Origin: Raphidiopsis brookii D9
GTDB lineage: Bacteria > Cyanobacteriota > Cyanobacteriia > Cyanobacteriales > Nostocaceae
Direction of reading: 5' to 3'
Assembly: GCA_000175855.1 (NCBI GenBank)
Contig: ACYB01000011.1
Span: 30,001 to 62,000 of the forward strand
DNA length: 32,000 nucleotides
In this document: in pieces, positions 18,593 to 27,446 of the stretch
Position numbering within the stretch: the first letter of the stretch is position 1
Layout: every line of letters begins with the position of its first letter
The notes under the pieces: model-generated
Databases searched by the model: none
What the model saw: the letters and a program-made list of their open reading frames with translations, nothing else
Told to the model about the DNA's origin: nothing
Made by a program: the position numbers and the translations under genes

Positions 18593-18925
18593 AATACAAT
18601 TATTTTCATCTATTGATAGATATAAATCATAAATTAGAAACAATGATAATCATCGGGTTAAAAATATAAATTTTTCTTATATATCCAATCCAATATTTGT
18701 GTGGAATTTGCTGTTGACTAGTGATCTATTTTTTTTAAAAACCTGTAGACTAAGATTCATTGGTTGGGAGTAAATTGTTGATCCCACCTAAAAACGCTAA
18801 CTAATCGTAGGGGGTTAAGAAAAATTTAATATTGCTACATTATTACCAGATGCGCATTTATACAATATCAAAAATTACATCTGGGTTCCATACAAGATAA
18901 AAACACAATGATTACATAAGGAGAT

Positions 18926-20299
18926 ATGATCATGTCTGGATTTTGGCATCAAACTTCCCGTCGCAGATTCATTACCACTGCTGGTGTTGCTGCGGGCGCA
19001 GTACTAATTAAAGGGTGTTTAGGAAACCCACCAGAAAGAGGTGCAGGGTCTAGCTCTCAAAGTCAACAAGTAGAAGCAGCAAATTTAACACCAGAGATCA
19101 CACCAGAAACCACCAAAGTTAAATTAGGATATCTTCCCATTGTAGAAGCTGCACCACTAATTATTGCCCAGGAATTAGGTTTCTTTAAAAGATGGGGAAT
19201 GACCGAAGTTGAACTTGCCAAACAAGCATCTTGGGGTTCCATGCGAGACAACACGGAAATTGGCTCTGCAGGGGGAGGTGTAGACGGTGGGCAATATCAA
19301 ATGCCCATGCCACACTTAATCACTGAGGGGCTAATTACAAAGGGAAATACAAAAATACCCATGTATCTACTAGCCCAATTGAACACACAAGGTAACGGCA
19401 TTGCAATTGCTAGCAAGCACGCAGGCAAGCAGGTCCATCTTGACCTATCTAAAGGAGGAAAAGCAGTTTTTGATAAATTAAAATCAACCCCATCACCTTT
19501 TACAGCGGCATTTACATTTGGGAAAGTTAACCAGGAATTTTGGTTGCGGTACTGGTTAGCAGCAGGAGGCGTAAATCCTGACACTGATGTGAAATTAATT
19601 CCAGTACCTACTGCTCAGACGGTAGCCAATATGAGAACTGGAACTGTGGATGCTTTCAGTACAGGAGATCCTTGGCCATATAGAATTGTTAAAGACAAGA
19701 TTGGTTTTATCTCCGCGCTGACTGCCCAAATATGGAAAAATCATCCTGAAGAATACCTTGCAATTAGAGGAGAGTGGGTAGATGCTAACCCAAAAGCTAC
19801 AAAAGCGATTTTAAAAGCAGTTATGGAAGCCCAGCAGTGGTTAGATAAGTTTGAAAACAGAGAAACTGCGGCCAACATTTTAGGACGGACTAACTACTAT
19901 AACATATCACCCTCCTTCCTGACAGACCCCTTCCAGGGTAACTATGATATGGGGGATGGTCAGAAAGTTAACGATAAATCCATGGCAGTGTTATATTGGA
20001 AGGATGAAAGAGGTAGTGTTTCCTACCCATATAAGAGTCATGACCTGTGGTTTTTAACTGAAAGTATTCGTTGGGGATTCCTACCAGCAGAATATCTAGA
20101 TAAATCAGAGGATCTGATCAACAGAGTTAACAAAGAAAATATATGGCGAGAAGCTGCTAAGGAATTGGGCATACCTGATGCTGATATTCCTACTAGCACC
20201 TCCCGTGGTTTAGAAAAGTTCTTTGATGGTATTACATTTGATCCGTCAGATCCTCGTGGCTACTTAAAGGGGTTGAAAATCAAAAAGATAAATATTTGA
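18926..20299 (+). CDS. cmpA: Periplasmic solute-binding lipoprotein of the NrtA/CmpA family, CmpA (bicarbonate-binding) type
   Basis: Tat-like signal plus lipobox ([21 protein letters not shown]). [38 protein letters not shown] and [10 protein letters not shown] match my memory of CmpA (Gln and Glu pocket residues) rather than NrtA (THDLW, HPEK). Confidence 0.7.
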   Translation: MIMSGFWHQTSRRRFITTAGVAAGAVLIKGCLGNPPERGAGSSSQSQQVEAANLTPEITPETTKVKLGYLPIVEAAPLIIAQELGFFKRWGMTEVELAKQASWGSMRDNTEIGSAGGGVDGGQYQMPMPHLITEGLITKGNTKIPMYLLAQLNTQGNGIAIASKHAGKQVHLDLSKGGKAVFDKLKSTPSPFTAAFTFGKVNQEFWLRYWLAAGGVNPDTDVKLIPVPTAQTVANMRTGTVDAFSTGDPWPYRIVKDKIGFISALTAQIWKNHPEEYLAIRGEWVDANPKATKAILKAVMEAQQWLDKFENRETAANILGRTNYYNISPSFLTDPFQGNYDMGDGQKVNDKSMAVLYWKDERGSVSYPYKSHDLWFLTESIRWGFLPAEYLDKSEDLINRVNKENIWREAAKELGIPDADIPTSTSRGLEKFFDGITFDPSDPRGYLKGLKIKKINI

Positions 20300-20347
20300 T
20301 TGCTTTGATCACTAACTAAAATCTACAAAGTACAAAAGGATACAAAA

Positions 20348-21187
20348 ATGACAACAGTAACCGCCAAACGTCGTAGCAGTAATAATGGTTCCGAGAATTT
20401 TATCCTGGCATTTATCAATAAACAGATGCCAGAAATTCTACCTCCGCTTATTGCCATAGTTGCCTTTTTGGTTGTTTGGCAGGTATTTTCTCTGACAGGT
20501 GGTACTTTACCTGGGCCAATTCAAGTTGTACAAGATACTTGGGAATTAATTATTTACCCATTTTATGATCGAGGTGGGATTGACAAAGGTTTATTTTGGC
20601 AAGTTTTTGCCAGTTTACAAAGGGTGGCTATTAGTTACACATTAGCTGCTGTGGTAGGGATAGGTTTAGGAATTCTAATTGGTGTAAATACCACCATGTC
20701 CAAGGCCTTAGATCCCCTATTTCAATTGCTAAGAACCGTACCACCCTTAGCTTGGGTACCTATTTCTTTAGCTGCGTTAAGACAGAATGAACCAGCAGCA
20801 TTGTTCGTAATTTTTATCACCTCTCTTTGGCCGATTCTCATTAATACTGCTGTTGGTGTTAAGGAAATACCTGTCGATTATAATAATGTGGCTAAGGTCT
20901 TACAACTTTCCCAAAAAGAGTATTTCTTCAACGTCTTGATTCCCGCAGCGTTACCCTACATTTTCACCGGGTTAAGAATTTCCATTGGTTTAGCATGGTT
21001 GGCGATTATCGCAGCAGAAATCGTCATGTCTGGTATTGTTGGTATAGGATTCTTTATTTGGGATTCTTATCAAGCTAACAAGGTGAGTGAAGTGATCTTA
21101 GCCCTGGTTTACATTGGAGTTGTAGGTTTATTGCTGGATAAATTCATGGCTTGGTTACAAACAAGAATTTTACCAGAACAAAAATAG
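20348..21187 (+). CDS. cmpB: ABC transporter permease, CmpB/NrtB family
   Basis: 279 aa, multi-TM, with the binding-protein-dependent permease EAA-like loop. Located in the operon between the binding protein and the ATPases. Confidence 0.75.
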   Translation: MTTVTAKRRSSNNGSENFILAFINKQMPEILPPLIAIVAFLVVWQVFSLTGGTLPGPIQVVQDTWELIIYPFYDRGGIDKGLFWQVFASLQRVAISYTLAAVVGIGLGILIGVNTTMSKALDPLFQLLRTVPPLAWVPISLAALRQNEPAALFVIFITSLWPILINTAVGVKEIPVDYNNVAKVLQLSQKEYFFNVLIPAALPYIFTGLRISIGLAWLAIIAAEIVMSGIVGIGFFIWDSYQANKVSEVILALVYIGVVGLLLDKFMAWLQTRILPEQK

Positions 21188-21237
21188 TTGCTGACTTTTT
21201 CTTACCCATTTTTATCCACAATTCACAACCTAAACCT

Positions 21238-23241
21238 ATGTCTGTATTTGTTGCTGTTGATCAAATTGACAAAGTCTTTGAACTAAGTAATGGCGGTCAA
21301 TATATTGCCCTCAAAGGTATTGACCTACAAATCAAAAAGGGTGAATTTGTCTCTCTGATTGGCCACTCTGGTTGTGGTAAATCCACACTCCTGAATATGA
21401 TTGCTGGGTTGGATTTACCCACAGAGGGCTTAGTTACCCTGGAAGGACAAAGAATTAAAAAGCCTGGTCCAGATAGAATGGTAGTATTTCAAAACTACTC
21501 TCTATTACCATGGCGAACCGTGAGAGAAAATATTGCCCTAGCAGTAGATTCGGTCCTAAGTGGAATGCCAGCAGGAGAACGTAAATCTGTTGTTCAAAGA
21601 CATATAGATATGGTAGGTTTAGGTCCCCATGCAGACAAACAACCATCGATGTTATCAGGTGGACAAAAACAAAGAGTGGCGATCGCCCGTGCTTTAGCAA
21701 TCCGACCTAAATTGTTACTTTTAGATGAACCTTTTGGCGCATTAGATGCACTAACCAGGGGAAATTTGCAAGAACAATTAATGCAAATTTGTGAAGAGAA
21801 TCAGGTAACTGCGGTAATGGTGACCCATGACGTGGATGAAGCTGTGTTATTATCAGATAGAATCGTCATGTTAACCAACGGACCGGAGTCCAAAATTGGG
21901 GATATTTTAGAAGTAGATATTCCACGTCCTCGTAAACGGATGGAAGTAGTAGAGCATCCCAGTTACTACACCTTACGTAGCGAGATGATTTACTTCCTCA
22001 ACCAACAAAAAAGGATCAAGAAACTGCGGGCCAGAAAAACTCCCAATATTGCCCGTCACGGCTTAGAAAAAGTCAATTTGGAAGTTGGCTTTTTGCCGAT
22101 TACAGCCTGCGCGCCCTTAGCAATAGCCCAAGAAAAGGGCTTGTTTGCCAAACATGGTTTAGAAGAAGTTCATTTAGTCAGAGAAAGTAATTGGCGAGGT
22201 ATTGTTGATGGTATTATTGGCGGTTATTTAGATGCTGCTCAAATGCCATCAGGTATGCCCATGTGGTTATCTTTGGGGGGTAATAAAAGTCAACCTCTAC
22301 CAATTGTCACCTCCTTAACCATGACTCGTAATGGTAATGCTATTACCCTGGCTAAAAGATTTTATGAACAGGGGATATATACTCTCTCTGATTTCAAATC
22401 ATATCTGTTACAAACCCGAGAGCAGATGCACCGCATGGGAGTAGTACATCCAGCATCAATGCACAATTTACTGTTGCGTTATTGGTTAGCAGCAGGGGGA
22501 ATTGATCCAGATGTAGATGTGGAGATGAAAAATATTCCCCCCGCCCAAATGGTGGTAGATTTAAAGGCTAAAACTATTGATGGTTATTGTGTGGGAGAAC
22601 CTTGGAATTATCGTGCTGCTATTGAAGGTTCAGGTTTTACCATAGCCACAGATTTAGAGGTTTGGCTGGGACATCCCGGTAAGGTATTAGGTGTGAGAGA
22701 GGATTGGGCTAATGCTTATCCTAATAGCCATATCGCCTTAACAAAAGCCTTGTTGGAAGCGTGTAAATATTGTGCAGATCATAATAATGCACAAGAGGTA
22801 AGAGCAATATTAGCCAGTCGGGAATATGTGAACACCGATATTGATTTTATTCAGGTTGAAGATCCAATTAGTAATACTTGTGATTTGGATCATCCTATGC
22901 GTGAGTATGCCCACCATCAATTTTATGGTGACTCAGCAATTAATCGTCCTAGCAGGACTGAACAAACTTGGATTATGACCCAGTTGGCCAGATGGGGTGA
23001 AACTCCTTTTCCTCGCAACTGGGTAGAAATTGTGGAAAGAGTTTGTCGTGTGGGTGTATTTAGTACCGCCGCTAGGGAATTGGGTTTGGATATCAGTTAT
23101 ACCCGTCAACCCATTCACTTGTTTGATGGCAAACCTTTTAATGCTGATGATCCTTTTGCCTATCTTAATGGTCTAGAAATTAAACGAGATTTTTCTGTTG
23201 CAGAAGTGATTCTAGACATGAACAGAAAATTTGTAGCCTAG
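21238..23241 (+). CDS. cmpC: ABC ATPase fused to a C-terminal NrtA-like solute-binding/regulatory domain, CmpC/NrtC family
   Basis: Starts at the ATG at 21238 (MSVFVAVDQIDKVF). Walker A GHSGCGKST, signature LSGGQKQR, Walker B LLLLDEPF. Residues ~275-667 resemble the binding protein (GFLPITACAPLAIAQEKGLF...YCVGEPWNYR). The track start at 21151 overlaps cmpB. Confidence 0.75.
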   Translation: MSVFVAVDQIDKVFELSNGGQYIALKGIDLQIKKGEFVSLIGHSGCGKSTLLNMIAGLDLPTEGLVTLEGQRIKKPGPDRMVVFQNYSLLPWRTVRENIALAVDSVLSGMPAGERKSVVQRHIDMVGLGPHADKQPSMLSGGQKQRVAIARALAIRPKLLLLDEPFGALDALTRGNLQEQLMQICEENQVTAVMVTHDVDEAVLLSDRIVMLTNGPESKIGDILEVDIPRPRKRMEVVEHPSYYTLRSEMIYFLNQQKRIKKLRARKTPNIARHGLEKVNLEVGFLPITACAPLAIAQEKGLFAKHGLEEVHLVRESNWRGIVDGIIGGYLDAAQMPSGMPMWLSLGGNKSQPLPIVTSLTMTRNGNAITLAKRFYEQGIYTLSDFKSYLLQTREQMHRMGVVHPASMHNLLLRYWLAAGGIDPDVDVEMKNIPPAQMVVDLKAKTIDGYCVGEPWNYRAAIEGSGFTIATDLEVWLGHPGKVLGVREDWANAYPNSHIALTKALLEACKYCADHNNAQEVRAILASREYVNTDIDFIQVEDPISNTCDLDHPMREYAHHQFYGDSAINRPSRTEQTWIMTQLARWGETPFPRNWVEIVERVCRVGVFSTAARELGLDISYTRQPIHLFDGKPFNADDPFAYLNGLEIKRDFSVAEVILDMNRKFVA

Positions 23242-23287
23242 ATATTTCTAGATAGTTGTTCAACCATTTACCCCCGGGAAAAATCAG

Positions 23288-24106
23288 ATGACATCCTCTA
23301 CTCAACTTCGTAACCATCAATCCTTCCTCAAAATTGAAAATGTCACTAAAATCTATCCAACTAAAAAAGGACCTTTTACTGTTTTAGACGGAATAAATTT
23401 AGATGTCCAAAAGGGCGAGTTTATTTGTGTGATTGGCCACTCCGGTTGTGGCAAATCTACCTTACTAAATATGGTGTCTGGTTTTAATACTCCTACCACG
23501 GGTCAGGTGTTATTAGAGGGACAACCCATAGTTAAACCCGGTCCCGATCGCATGGTGGTATTCCAGAACTACGCCCTTCTACCTTGGCGGACTGCATTTG
23601 AGAATATTTACTTGGCTGTAAACGCAGTTTATCCAACTAAACCGGAAGCGGAAAAGCGTGCTATTGTCAGAGAGCATTTAACCATGGTCGGATTGTCCGA
23701 TGCTATGGAGAAAAAACCCCCCCAAATGTCTGGAGGTATGAGACAGCGGGTTTCTATTGCACGCGCTTTAGCTATTCGTCCCAAGGTTCTAATTTTAGAT
23801 GAACCCTTTGGCGCTCTGGATGCTATCACTAAGGAAGAATTGCAGGAGGAGTTATTAAAAATCTGGAATGAAAACCGTTGTACTGTGTTAATGATTACCC
23901 ATGACATTGATGAGGCTTTGTTTTTAGCTGATAAGTTGGTCATGATGACTAATGGACCCCATGCTAAAATTGGGGAGGTGATGGAAATTCCTTTTGCACG
24001 ACCACGTGAGCGGACTCTGATTATGGAAGATCCTCAGTATTATCAACTGCGTAACTATGCTTTAGACTTCTTGTTTAATCGCTTTGCTCATGATGATGTT
24101 GGTTAG
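23288..24106 (+). CDS. cmpD: ABC ATPase, CmpD/NrtD family
   Basis: 272 aa. Walker A GHSGCGKST, signature MSGGMRQR, Walker B ILILDEPF. Paralogous to the N-terminal half of the preceding gene. Confidence 0.75.
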   Translation: MTSSTQLRNHQSFLKIENVTKIYPTKKGPFTVLDGINLDVQKGEFICVIGHSGCGKSTLLNMVSGFNTPTTGQVLLEGQPIVKPGPDRMVVFQNYALLPWRTAFENIYLAVNAVYPTKPEAEKRAIVREHLTMVGLSDAMEKKPPQMSGGMRQRVSIARALAIRPKVLILDEPFGALDAITKEELQEELLKIWNENRCTVLMITHDIDEALFLADKLVMMTNGPHAKIGEVMEIPFARPRERTLIMEDPQYYQLRNYALDFLFNRFAHDDVG

Positions 24107-24183
24107 GATGAGTTTGATAGGGGGAATTAAGCAAATGTTATATTTGATCGTTCCCCGTTCTTTAAATACCCAACCCCTGAACA

Positions 24184-24777
24184 ATGCGCTTGACCTTTTC
24201 TGAGGAAATAAAATCTTTGCTACAGCGTCTGGCACACCAACCTCTAACCCTGGGTGATGTGCTGGAAACAACCTCCCAACGCGGATTCATTCTAGTCATT
24301 GCTTTATTGGTTTTACCATTCTTGTTCCCTATGCCACCCGGACTCACGGGTCCTCTTGGCTCCGCTTGTTTGCTCTTATCATTGCAAATGCTTTTGGGCA
24401 GGCGATCGCCCTGGTTACCAAAAAAAATTGCCAATTATCAATTTCCCCGGGTTTTTGCCCAAACTATTCTCCAGAACCTAAGTAGGGTCACCAGGTTGTT
24501 AGAAAAAATTGCCCGTCCTCGGTTGACAAAATTGGCAAATCATGATATCACTTGGAGGTGTAACGGTTTTTGTATTTCCTGGTTGGCTATTTTACTTATT
24601 TCTCCTGTACCTTTGACTAATCCCATACCCACCATTGGCATTTTACTGTTTGCTGCAGCTAGTATAGAGTCAGATGGCTTACTTATATGTATTTGCTATG
24701 TGTTAACACTATTAATCACCCTAATTTTCTACCTCATTGTCTATGGGGTTTTACAGTTCCCTGGTTTGATTACATGA
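24184..24777 (+). CDS. ExoD-family exopolysaccharide synthesis membrane protein
   Basis: LTLGDVLETTSQRGFILVIALLVLPFLFPMPPGLTGPLGSACLLLSLQMLLGRRSPWLPKKI is the characteristic ExoD N-terminal region. 197 aa with 4-5 TM helices. Confidence 0.8.
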   Translation: MRLTFSEEIKSLLQRLAHQPLTLGDVLETTSQRGFILVIALLVLPFLFPMPPGLTGPLGSACLLLSLQMLLGRRSPWLPKKIANYQFPRVFAQTILQNLSRVTRLLEKIARPRLTKLANHDITWRCNGFCISWLAILLISPVPLTNPIPTIGILLFAAASIESDGLLICICYVLTLLITLIFYLIVYGVLQFPGLIT

Positions 24778-24826
24778 AGGTTACTGGTGCTATTGACATT
24801 TATTACTTAACGAGTATGAAAATAAA

Positions 24827-24849
24827 CCCCCCAGTTATTAGCTGGGGGT
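24827..24849 (+). terminator. GC-rich hairpin downstream of the ExoD-family gene (weak terminator candidate)
   Basis: Stem CCCCCAG (24828-24834) / CTGGGGG (24842-24848) with a 7-nt loop. No clear U-tract follows. Confidence 0.3.
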
Positions 24850-25066
24850 AGTATGTAATCAAAGGTGCATCTACTGGTTTGATTATTCCTAGGTAATAAC
24901 ATCGAATCCGGAAAATTTATTATTCCAGGATTTAAGATATATAACTTGGTTACCTATGGCACTAGTTGCTAAAAGTTAGCAACTGTATAACTAGTTAATT
25001 ACCTTCCTAATGTCCAACCAGTTTACACCTTGTTAGGATAAAAGCTATATTTTAACGGTCTAATTC

Positions 25067-25972
25067 ATGAGTATAATCCTGGAAACAACTAACGAGTTAC
25101 TATTACTACCTCTGATTGCCGCAGCCGAGAACAGCAATCAAATTAATCCTGAGTGGTTCCAGGCGTTTGTTTTAGGGATAGTTCAAGGCATTACCGAATT
25201 TTTACCGATTAGTAGCACAGCTCACCTATTAATTTTTACTAAAGTATTTGGTTGGAAAGAGTTAGGTGCTAAAGACTTTGTTGATGCGATTCAATTTGGC
25301 AGTGTGATAGCAATCTTATTGTATTTTCGGTCATTGATTGCCAGTATTATTCGGGGAGCAGTGGAAGGGTTCCAGGATAAAGACTGGCAAAGAGAAGAGT
25401 GGAAAATTGTAATAGGTATTGCTGTTGGAACCATACCAGCACTGGTTCTTGGTTTTTTCTTAAAGGACATTTTGCCCGAAAGCGCCTTAATTATTGGCAC
25501 AATGTCAGTAGTCATGGCTATTTTACTGGGATTGGCTGAAAAAATTGGCGATCGCAAACGGGGATTTGATCATTTGCAAATTCGAGATGGTATTTTAGTA
25601 GGGATAGGACAATCCCTGGCTTTAATTCCCGGGGTTTCCCGTTCTGGTTCTACATTGACCACAGCCTTGTTTTTAGGACTAGAAAGGGACACAGCGGCAA
25701 AATTTTCATTTTTATTAGGTTTTCCCACCTTGACCATAGCCACCCTATACAAGAGCTTAAAAATATTTCATCTCTTTCAAGAGGGGCAATTACCAGAGAA
25801 CATAGTTTTGTTATTGATTATAGGAATTATCTCGACCTTTATTTTTTCATACCTGTCAATTGCATTTTTAATTCGTTATTTACAAACCAAGGATACTTTT
25901 ATCTTTGTTTGGTATAGACTAGCTTTTGGTGGAACAATTTTGTTGGCACTTGCTAATGGTTGGCAGGGGTGA
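25067..25972 (+). CDS. uppP: Undecaprenyl-diphosphate phosphatase UppP (BacA)
   Basis: GIVQGITEFLPISSTAHLLI and the later PGVSRSGSTLT motif are the two UppP signature regions. 301 aa polytopic membrane protein. Confidence 0.9.
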   Translation: MSIILETTNELLLLPLIAAAENSNQINPEWFQAFVLGIVQGITEFLPISSTAHLLIFTKVFGWKELGAKDFVDAIQFGSVIAILLYFRSLIASIIRGAVEGFQDKDWQREEWKIVIGIAVGTIPALVLGFFLKDILPESALIIGTMSVVMAILLGLAEKIGDRKRGFDHLQIRDGILVGIGQSLALIPGVSRSGSTLTTALFLGLERDTAAKFSFLLGFPTLTIATLYKSLKIFHLFQEGQLPENIVLLLIIGIISTFIFSYLSIAFLIRYLQTKDTFIFVWYRLAFGGTILLALANGWQG

Positions 25973-26027
25973 TCAAAACTTAGATTATAGATATGCTTGG
26001 ACTAAAATAAAGCTGTTAAAAATTATC

Positions 26028-27350
26028 ATGTCTGACATTAAACCGGCGAAAATTACCAGTGTTATAGGCGAATCCATTGCTGCTGAAGTTGGATTTGAAG
26101 CGGGTGATGCTATTGTGAGTATTAACGGGATTAGACCTCGTGATTTAATAGATTATCAGTTTTTGTGTGCAGATGAAATTTTGGAAATAGAAGTATTAGA
26201 TAAACATGGTAAAATTCATCAAGTTGAAATTGAGAAAGACTATGACCAAGACCTAGGAATAGAATTTGCTACAGCTTTATTTGATAACTTAATTCAATGT
26301 AATAATCACTGTCCCTTTTGTTTTATTGACCAGCAACCACAGGGTAAACGCTCCAGCTTATATTTAAAGGATGATGATTATCGTTTAAGTTTCTTGTATG
26401 GTTCCTATTTAACCCTGACCAATTTACCTGCAAGAGAATGGCAAAGAATTGAGCAAATGAGACTATCACCCTTATATGTTTCAGTTCATGCAACAGAACC
26501 AGAAATAAGAATTAGACTCTTAAAAAATAGTCGAGCTGGAGAGATTCTACAGCAAATTAAATGGTTTCAAGCAAGACGCTTACAAATTCATGCTCAGGTA
26601 GTAGTTTGTCCTGGAATTAATGATGGTTCGCACCTGGAAAGAACACTAAGAGATTTAGCATCCTTTTATGCGGAGAAAGTGCCCACAGTAGCATCAGTAG
26701 CAGTAGTTCCTGTGGGTTTAACCAAATTTCGTCCCCCACAAGATGAGTTGATTCCTGTAACCAGGGAAAAAGCCAGGGAAGTAATAGGTCAGGTAGAAAT
26801 GCTTAGTCGAGAATTTAAGCGGAAATATGATTCTCGGGTAATTTGGTTAGCGGATGAATGGTTTTTAATAGGTGGTGAGGAATTACCAGCACAGGAGGAG
26901 TATGAAGAATATCCACAAATAGATAATGGTGTAGGTTCCATAAGATTATTTATGAAGGAATTTAATCAGGTAGCAAATAAATTACTACCGGCAAAAATTT
27001 ATCCTGAGAAAACATTAACTTGGGTAGTGGGAAATGCGGTAGAGAAAGCATTTACCCCCCTGGTTGATAGGTTAAATAGGGTTGAAGGTTTAAGGGTGAA
27101 TATGGTTGCACTATATAGTGACTATTGGGGACAAGATATCACCGTTACCGGGTTATTAACTGGACATGATTTACTATACCACCTGAAAGGGAAGAATTTA
27201 GGTGATAGTTTATTATTACCCACCATCATGCTCAAACATGGTGAATTAGTATTTTTAGATGATATGACAGTAGCACAGGTGTCTCAGGAATTGAATGTTA
27301 GGATATTACCAGTTGCAGGAGTAGAAGATTTAATGGAGGAAGTTAGCTAG
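26028..27350 (+). CDS. PDZ plus radical-SAM-like DUF512 protein (cyanobacterial putative FeS oxidoreductase family)
   Basis: Starts at the ATG at 26028 (MSDIKPAKITSV). N-terminal PDZ-like segment (GFEAGDAIVSINGIRPRDLIDYQF), CNNHCPFC (CxxxCxxC) and a DUF512-like C-terminal half. The track start at 25926 overlaps uppP. Confidence 0.8.
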   Translation: MSDIKPAKITSVIGESIAAEVGFEAGDAIVSINGIRPRDLIDYQFLCADEILEIEVLDKHGKIHQVEIEKDYDQDLGIEFATALFDNLIQCNNHCPFCFIDQQPQGKRSSLYLKDDDYRLSFLYGSYLTLTNLPAREWQRIEQMRLSPLYVSVHATEPEIRIRLLKNSRAGEILQQIKWFQARRLQIHAQVVVCPGINDGSHLERTLRDLASFYAEKVPTVASVAVVPVGLTKFRPPQDELIPVTREKAREVIGQVEMLSREFKRKYDSRVIWLADEWFLIGGEELPAQEEYEEYPQIDNGVGSIRLFMKEFNQVANKLLPAKIYPEKTLTWVVGNAVEKAFTPLVDRLNRVEGLRVNMVALYSDYWGQDITVTGLLTGHDLLYHLKGKNLGDSLLLPTIMLKHGELVFLDDMTVAQVSQELNVRILPVAGVEDLMEEVS

Positions 27351-27403
27351 TTAATCCTTCACTAAATTTTAGCAACTTAAGATTTATAAGAATAAGAAGT
27401 TTA

Positions 27404-27429
27404 CAAAAAAATCCCTGGTTTACCAGGGA
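27404..27429 (-). terminator. Rho-independent terminator of the ArsA/Get3-like gene
   Basis: On the minus strand, TCCCTGG-TAAA-CCAGGGA (27429-27412) is followed by a T8 run (27411-27404). It starts 18 nt after the stop at 27447. Confidence 0.75.
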
Positions 27430-27446
27430 GTGTCAATGCATACTAA

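Noticed and set aside
18744-18759. NtcA-like box TGTA-N8-TTCA upstream of cmpA
   Set aside because: The right half-site is imperfect (TTC instead of TAC). The nearest -10-like hexamer (TAAATT) is about 12 nt away rather than about 22 nt. That is not enough to call an NtcA-activated promoter.
19063-19584. Track ORFs 19063-19254 and 19297-19584 (minus strand)
   Set aside because: They are antisense to cmpA, whose frame is supported by strong family similarity.
21151-21237. Upstream extension of the cmpC ORF
   Set aside because: It overlaps the end of cmpB and adds 29 non-conserved residues. The ABC ATPase N-terminus begins naturally at the ATG at 21238 (MSVFVAVDQIDKVF).
18926-24106. Labelling the operon as the nitrate/nitrite transporter nrtABCD
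   Set aside because: Gene order alone cannot separate Nrt from Cmp. The pocket residues Gln203 and Glu275-276, together with the absence of flanking nirA and narB, favour Cmp. Some uncertainty remains and is recorded in the findings.
21455-24481. Track ORFs 21455-21700, 22933-23118, 23629-23943, 24062-24271, 24162-24434 and 24299-24481
   Set aside because: These are antisense or alternative-frame ORFs over cmpC, cmpD and the ExoD-family gene. None has a motif or a plausible start context.
25291-26027. Track ORFs 25291-25557 and 25570-25752 (minus strand) and the 25926 start of the DUF512 ORF
   Set aside because: The first two are antisense to uppP. The 25926 start overlaps the uppP 3' end, whereas the ATG at 26028 gives the expected PDZ N-terminus.
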